Positions 55,326-60,209 of a DNA stretch of 60,209 nucleotides are shown one piece after another (the first letter of the stretch is position 1; the number at the start of each line of letters is the position of its first letter). The stretch is from the NCBI GenBank assembly GCA_022705505.1, contig JAKJEI010000002.1:1-60209 (forward strand), read 5' to 3'. The notes below the pieces were generated by a model. The model had not been told where the DNA came from and did not search any database. It saw nothing but the letters and a program-made list of their open reading frames with translations. A program made the translations under genes and the position numbers. This DNA comes from Patescibacteria group bacterium. Its GTDB lineage: Bacteria; Patescibacteriota; Minisyncoccia; Phycocordibacterales; XYD1-FULL-46-19.

Positions 55326-57605
55326 TTATTTTCGCACCGTGATAGTTTTTGTGGCCTCGTTGCTTTGTTCACTATTGTCAACGGCCGTCACTGCTATATT
55401 GTGTGTTCCGACAGAAATAGTGCTAACTGGCACCTTGCCTGTACAAATAGATTTTTTACAAGTAGCAATTGAAACTCCGTCAAATTTAATAGTAACACTC
55501 GCGATTCCATTTTGGTCACTGGCGCTGGTCGAAATTGTCAAATCGCCCTTTTTAGGAACTGCTGAACCATCTTTCGGTTTTGTAATTTTTACAATCGGGG
55601 GGACATCATCCACAATTACAGGCACGGTGCTACTGGCCACTTCCACGGAGAAGTTGACTGAATTGTAATATTGAGTAAGTGAAGAATTTGTGATTCTTTC
55701 AGTCAAGACATAAGTTCCGGGAATTTGCGTCGAAACTACGGTAAGGGGAACAACATTAGTCCCCCCGGGCGGCAAAGTGACCACGTAGCTAGCAGGAATT
55801 TGTACAAAATCAGAAGGGAGGTTGGCGGATAAAACAAGATCCGAACTTGGACAACCGCTACTGTCATTATTTTTTATGGTGGCGCTTACAGACAAACTTT
55901 GGCCAGGCTCTGTCTTTATCGAAGTTGGGGAAATTTCTATGCCGGGGTTGGATCTAGTGCAAGGCTTGGGCAATAAATCAACTTTTATTTCAACGTAAGG
56001 TTCGGGTACGTCATTTCTAAAATCCAATTGAGTAACTGTCAGACCTGTCTTAGTATCGCTAAAAACAGAACCGTTTTTTAGGGTCTTTATGTAATAAGTT
56101 GGAGACAATAATTCGCTTGCCCGGTGAACCGCGAGGCCGCCAGAGTAAGGAAGCAATCTGGTAGACGAATAGAACAAGGAATCATAGCCAACCCCGCCTC
56201 TAAAAGAAAGGTAGTAGGAATTCGTGCTGTCTGGGATGTCAATTTTCAAAACCTGGGGGAAGGAAGAGCTAAAAGGGTTCGAAGCCAAAGCCCCAACTTT
56301 GTAAACCCCGCTGCTAGTAACGGTTTGCACTTGCCCCAAAACATCGCCAAACCAACCTTTCAGATATTTATGCGGACCATTATTGTGTCTAAGCCCAAAT
56401 CCACACATCCCCATAAAATCGGAATAATCACCATATTCAGATTCCATAACACCATCATTATTGGTGTCTGTTGACGAATGGCGCATACTTAAGTTGTGTC
56501 CAAGTTCATGGGCAATCATATCTACATCTGCCCCCGCCACCCAGGCTCGACACTGGAGCCTACAACCAACATTAGCAATGCCAAGCCAACTGCAAGTATT
56601 AGACGACGGAATGACATGTAGGATATGTTGATATAAACCCGTGTTCACGCCTGACGCCCTGGCAGCTTCTTCCGCTAAGGCAGCCCAACTATAGTAATCA
56701 CAGGAATCTGTTGATTTAGCATTAATGGTAAACGGACCGACGACATCGGGACTTCCATTGCCATCCGTGTCTGGGTTAAAACCCAATTGGTTAAAAGAAG
56801 TTTCTTTATAAAGGGTGTTAACTGAATTTTGGTCACCAAAAACACGACTGACGGCGGTTGCTGGGGACAAAAGTGGAGAAGTGTCTGTAAAATTAGATAT
56901 TATTACCAGAATTCTTCTTTCCTCTTGAGTTATACTGCTATCAACTGTGGTGGAGAGCATTTCAACACTCTCTGCCGCCAATACTTGTCCCATTTCCACG
57001 CCAACAACTTTTATCTTGTCACCGGTTAAAATATTTTTATTATTCTTTCCCAATGACAGTTTCGTTTTCTTCCCAGTCCCTTCTTCAATTAAGTAATGGT
57101 CGGTTGAGGTGATCTCCTTTTCAAAATTGTCAGAAATATAGACATCGGCTTGCCCTTTGGCTGTCTTTTTTGTTTCAACCAAAAGTCTGACTTCTTCAGG
57201 CATTTTGTTCTTTATTTCTGTTGGCAAAGCGTAAGCATTGGCTAACCCAGGATTATTTTCTATCGCTTCAATAATTTTTTTGCTCCGGTTTGAAGCAATT
57301 GCCAACATTTTGTCTAATTCGGCCTTTTTTCTTTCATCATTTGGCGCTTTTTGATAAAGATTAAAAGCATTTAAAAAGTCTTTATTTAAATTAGCCAGAG
57401 CCATAGCCGACATGTGATTGGCCGCCGCCTCGCTTAAGGGGACGGAGGCCGTTGCTGCCAAAGATAAACTAGACAAACTTTCCAAATCTCGACTGGAAAT
57501 TTTTACTACTACAATCGTCAAGATTGAAGCAAAAATTATCACAAAAATCCCAACCGCAGTAGAAACTCTGCGGGCCATGAGAGAGAAAAAATTTTTACCT
57601 TCCAT
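55326..57605 (-). CDS. Secreted zinc metalloprotease-like protein (metzincin-type HExxHxxxxxH) with C-terminal Ig/CARDB-like domains
   Basis: N-terminal anchor and AHELGHNLSMRHS. The C-terminal ~220 aa contain two beta-sandwich-like modules. Confidence 0.6.
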   Translation of the reverse strand: MEGKNFFSLMARRVSTAVGIFVIIFASILTIVVVKISSRDLESLSSLSLAATASVPLSEAAANHMSAMALANLNKDFLNAFNLYQKAPNDERKKAELDKMLAIASNRSKKIIEAIENNPGLANAYALPTEIKNKMPEEVRLLVETKKTAKGQADVYISDNFEKEITSTDHYLIEEGTGKKTKLSLGKNNKNILTGDKIKVVGVEMGQVLAAESVEMLSTTVDSSITQEERRILVIISNFTDTSPLLSPATAVSRVFGDQNSVNTLYKETSFNQLGFNPDTDGNGSPDVVGPFTINAKSTDSCDYYSWAALAEEAARASGVNTGLYQHILHVIPSSNTCSWLGIANVGCRLQCRAWVAGADVDMIAHELGHNLSMRHSSTDTNNDGVMESEYGDYSDFMGMCGFGLRHNNGPHKYLKGWFGDVLGQVQTVTSSGVYKVGALASNPFSSSFPQVLKIDIPDSTNSYYLSFRGGVGYDSLFYSSTRLLPYSGGLAVHRASELLSPTYYIKTLKNGSVFSDTKTGLTVTQLDFRNDVPEPYVEIKVDLLPKPCTRSNPGIEISPTSIKTEPGQSLSVSATIKNNDSSGCPSSDLVLSANLPSDFVQIPASYVVTLPPGGTNVVPLTVVSTQIPGTYVLTERITNSSLTQYYNSVNFSVEVASSTVPVIVDDVPPIVKITKPKDGSAVPKKGDLTISTSASDQNGIASVTIKFDGVSIATCKKSICTGKVPVSTISVGTHNIAVTAVDNSEQSNEATKTITVRK

Positions 57606-57791
57606 AATTAAAAATTATTAATAATTAATTGACTTTTATTTTAATGACAGAATAGCGTCCAAAACCAGAGTTCATTTCTGCTTAAATTATACAATAAAGA
57701 TTTAGTATAAGTCTATGAAACTGTGGACAAAAGCCTTGTTTGGCCCCAAAATGACTCTGGTTAAGGATTTTTGAGATTCTACCAAGACACT

Positions 57792-59531
57792 TTAGGATTC
57801 TTTTTTGTCTTCCAAAAACAGCCTCACTACCCGCAAATCGTCATAAGAATAAGCCCCGTTAAATTTTTCAAAGACCGGCGTAAGCGATTTGGTTTTAAGT
57901 TGATGGAACATCGCCAAAATTTCGGTCAAGTCCTTGACCGCCTTGGGATTCATAATTTTGGCCAAACTTTGTTTAGTAATCTTGCCCTCGGCGGCCAGTT
58001 TTTCTAGGTGGGTTCTGACTGTTCCCTCCTTTAGTCCGCGCGTTTTGGCGATCTGTTTCAAATTTTTGCCTTCGTTCCAAAATGCAAGCGTTTCAGCGTA
58101 GGTATTGTCTGCCGCCAATTTGTCTATTTTTTTTGACCGACCAGTTTTCGGTTTATTCTTTTTTCCCACCCCACAAGAACGCAAAAAATTTTCTTGCATC
58201 TTTTCTAAATCACTCTCTGCCATCGCGCCAAAAAGTCTTCCTGTCTCCGACGACTGTCCCCGCCAAGCAACATCCGCCTCGGCGACTATTGGATGAACCT
58301 GAAAAGTCCGTTCGTTCCAACCTAACAAAAACAAACCTTCTAACGCGCGTACTCGGGAAAGCGCGACATAACCTTGGCCGTATTCAAATACGGCCGAAAG
58401 GTCCATGACCGCCGCATCCAAGCTCATCCCCTGACTTTTATGAACGGTAATTGCCCAAGCCAAACGAAGCGGCACTTGTGTTACTTGGGCCAAAACCTTA
58501 CCACTATCATCTATTGTCCATTCCATCGGTTCAGCGACAACTCGCCGACCATCAAAAGTCCTGACGACCGGCAAATTATCAAAACCCTCGAAATCAACTA
58601 CCTGCCCCAAAGTGCCATTGATAAAACCAGCGCGTTGATTATTTTTGGTAAAAATAACACGGGCGCCAATTTTCAGCTCCAAGTTTTCTGGTGACAAGCA
58701 ACTTTTCTTAAGCGTGGCCACCAACACTTCGCGCCCTTTGCCAGACATCCGAAAACTTCGCGGCCGACCGGCCAACTTGGCCAACTCCCGTTCGTTAAGC
58801 GAGTCTACATTGACGTTATGTGTGAAGAGTTTCGGCAAATCAAAATCCAGCGATTCGGCAGCCGCTCTCCGCTTAGTTAAAATCTCGCTGTGATATTCCG
58901 TCACCTCGCCAGCGCGAATTGCTGAAAGCAACTCAAGATATTTTATGTCAGATTGGCGATGCTGTTCAGACAAATAACAAGTCAAAAATCGTCCTCGACG
59001 CCAAGCTGATGAATTAAAAGCAAAACCATCCGCTCGGCCAAAACCAGGTTCAGTTTCGTCAAAAATAGTTTCCGCCTCTGTTTCTCTCGTCCTGACAATC
59101 GGCGGTAGTTGAAAAAAATCTCCCACCAAAATCACTTGCAAACCACCAAACGGTTCCGACTGACTCCGAATCGCCCGGCAAACCGCCTCCACCATCTCTA
59201 AAGTCGCAGCCGAAATCATTGACACTTCATCAATTATCAAAATTTTCGCCCTTTTTATTCGCTTCACTAAATATTCAGTAGAGGCGATTTTATCCAGGTC
59301 GTAATTACTCAAACTCCGCCTGATACCAATTCCACTCCAGGAGTGAATTGTCATCCCGCCGATATGAGTCGCGGCAATACCAGTAGAAGCGGTAATCGAA
59401 GGTTCTACTCCATTCTGACGCAAATAAGCAATGTACTGGTTAATGGTGTGGGTTTTGCCTGAACCTGGTTCGCCGGTTAAAAAAACATTGGCCCCAGTTT
59501 TCATAATGGCCAAAGCTTGGTCTTGTTTCAT
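57792..59531 (-). CDS. Pif1/RecD-like SF1 helicase with a C-terminal helix-turn-helix module
   Basis: Walker A GEPGSGKTH, Walker B LIIDEVSM, and TVHKSQG. The C-terminal ~100 aa are HTH-like (KQIAKTRGLKEGTVRTHL). Confidence 0.8.
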   Translation of the reverse strand: MKQDQALAIMKTGANVFLTGEPGSGKTHTINQYIAYLRQNGVEPSITASTGIAATHIGGMTIHSWSGIGIRRSLSNYDLDKIASTEYLVKRIKRAKILIIDEVSMISAATLEMVEAVCRAIRSQSEPFGGLQVILVGDFFQLPPIVRTRETEAETIFDETEPGFGRADGFAFNSSAWRRGRFLTCYLSEQHRQSDIKYLELLSAIRAGEVTEYHSEILTKRRAAAESLDFDLPKLFTHNVNVDSLNERELAKLAGRPRSFRMSGKGREVLVATLKKSCLSPENLELKIGARVIFTKNNQRAGFINGTLGQVVDFEGFDNLPVVRTFDGRRVVAEPMEWTIDDSGKVLAQVTQVPLRLAWAITVHKSQGMSLDAAVMDLSAVFEYGQGYVALSRVRALEGLFLLGWNERTFQVHPIVAEADVAWRGQSSETGRLFGAMAESDLEKMQENFLRSCGVGKKNKPKTGRSKKIDKLAADNTYAETLAFWNEGKNLKQIAKTRGLKEGTVRTHLEKLAAEGKITKQSLAKIMNPKAVKDLTEILAMFHQLKTKSLTPVFEKFNGAYSYDDLRVVRLFLEDKKES

Positions 59532-59564
59532 TTATTTATTATAACATCAAAAAGCCAGTAATTT

Positions 59565-60209
59565 TTAGCCATTACCTAGCGCCTCGCCAATGTGTTCCGC
59601 AGCCACAAACCCCGTTGTCCAACAAAGCTGAAGAGAGTAACCGCCAGACTGGCGATTAATATCAAGTAAGTCGCCCAAAACAAACAAGTTGGGCCAAATT
59701 TTTGACCCCATAGACCGCGTATCAATTTCGGTCAAAGACACCCCACCATCAGAAACAACCGCCCGGTCAAAGCCCATCAAACCAGTTATGGTTACCGGCA
59801 AAGATTTCAGCGTTTTGACAATCCCTTTCCGCTCAGTTTTTTTTATTTCATTAACTTTTATATCAGGCGCCAAAGGTAAAATGGACAAAATCGCTTCCGC
59901 CGTCCCCAGGGGCGCGATATCCTTAAAAACATTTTTCAAACTTTTATTTTTGTTTGCGTCAAAAACTTTAATAATCTGTTTTTCAAGCGCGCCTAAATCG
60001 GTATCTGGAAAAGCATCAATCAGGGCCGTCACCGCCCCCGCTTCAAGCAAGCGCTTGACTTCTCGCGCGCTGTTCAAAATGAGCGGTCCAGATAAACCAA
60101 AATGGGTAAATAGAATCTTCCCCTTTTTGGAAAAAGCGCGCTTCCCTTCGGTATAAAAAGTGATTTTCATAAATGACAAAGATAGGCCGGAAAGTTCCTT
60201 CGCCCAAGC
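59565..60209 (-). CDS. BaiN/HI0933-like flavoprotein (5'-truncated by the window edge)
   Basis: The C-terminal half carries FTHFGLSGP and GGYSLQLCWTTG. The reading frame stays open to the last base of the window. Confidence 0.75.
   Translation of the reverse strand, partial: AWAKELSGLSLSFMKITFYTEGKRAFSKKGKILFTHFGLSGPLILNSAREVKRLLEAGAVTALIDAFPDTDLGALEKQIIKVFDANKNKSLKNVFKDIAPLGTAEAILSILPLAPDIKVNEIKKTERKGIVKTLKSLPVTITGLMGFDRAVVSDGGVSLTEIDTRSMGSKIWPNLFVLGDLLDINRQSGGYSLQLCWTTGFVAAEHIGEALGNG

Overview
This 60.2-kb chromosomal segment is gene-dense, with about 60 CDS and 1 tRNA, and most genes lie on the minus strand. No rRNA, CRISPR array or obvious prophage is present.

Taxonomy (inference only; no search was possible): the gene content and style resemble a small-genome Patescibacteria/CPR (Parcubacteria-like) bacterium. 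Supporting features:
- a compact dcw fragment (mraZ-rsmH-ftsL-ftsI-murF);
- mreBCD-mrdA plus a second mreB;
- murA and a short HolB;
- a ProRS without an INS editing domain;
- a PriA with degenerate ATPase motifs;
- almost no Shine-Dalgarno motifs at the starts I inspected;
- many secreted or membrane hypothetical proteins.

Layout:
- 1-1313: the 3' part of a large serine recombinase gene reads into tRNA-Glu(CUC), probably marking the edge of an integrated element.
- 1.4-38.4 kb: mostly housekeeping genes (cell wall and shape, lysS, greA, proS, rseP, frr, priA, def-fmt, hpf, eno, uppP, rsmE, rsmI).
- This block is interrupted by a translationally coupled 4-gene surface-protein operon (20.45-25.38 kb).
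- It is also interrupted by a 124-aa orphan with the only canonical SD seen (32.9-33.3 kb).
- A third interruption is a protein made of 22 tandem G-[DN]-V-S-x-[IL]-x heptads (34.27-34.85 kb).
- 38.7-51.4 kb: an accessory-looking locus and my main candidate for a new system. It holds a HasA-like membrane GT2 synthase, a UDP-sugar 6-dehydrogenase, two NodB deacetylases, two secreted paralogs sharing an unassigned domain and tandem CBM-like modules.
- That locus is arranged around a divergent promoter and bracketed by an OmpR-type regulator, two soluble histidine kinases and a receiver.
- 51.4-60.2 kb: a KGG stress peptide, a divergent ClpP-like protease, an orphan terminator with a small ORF, a Gmad2-like Cys-rich protein, a VanY peptidase, truB, a large metzincin-like secreted protease, a Pif1/RecD-like helicase and a truncated BaiN-like flavoprotein.

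All family assignments come from motif recognition by eye. None are database hits.
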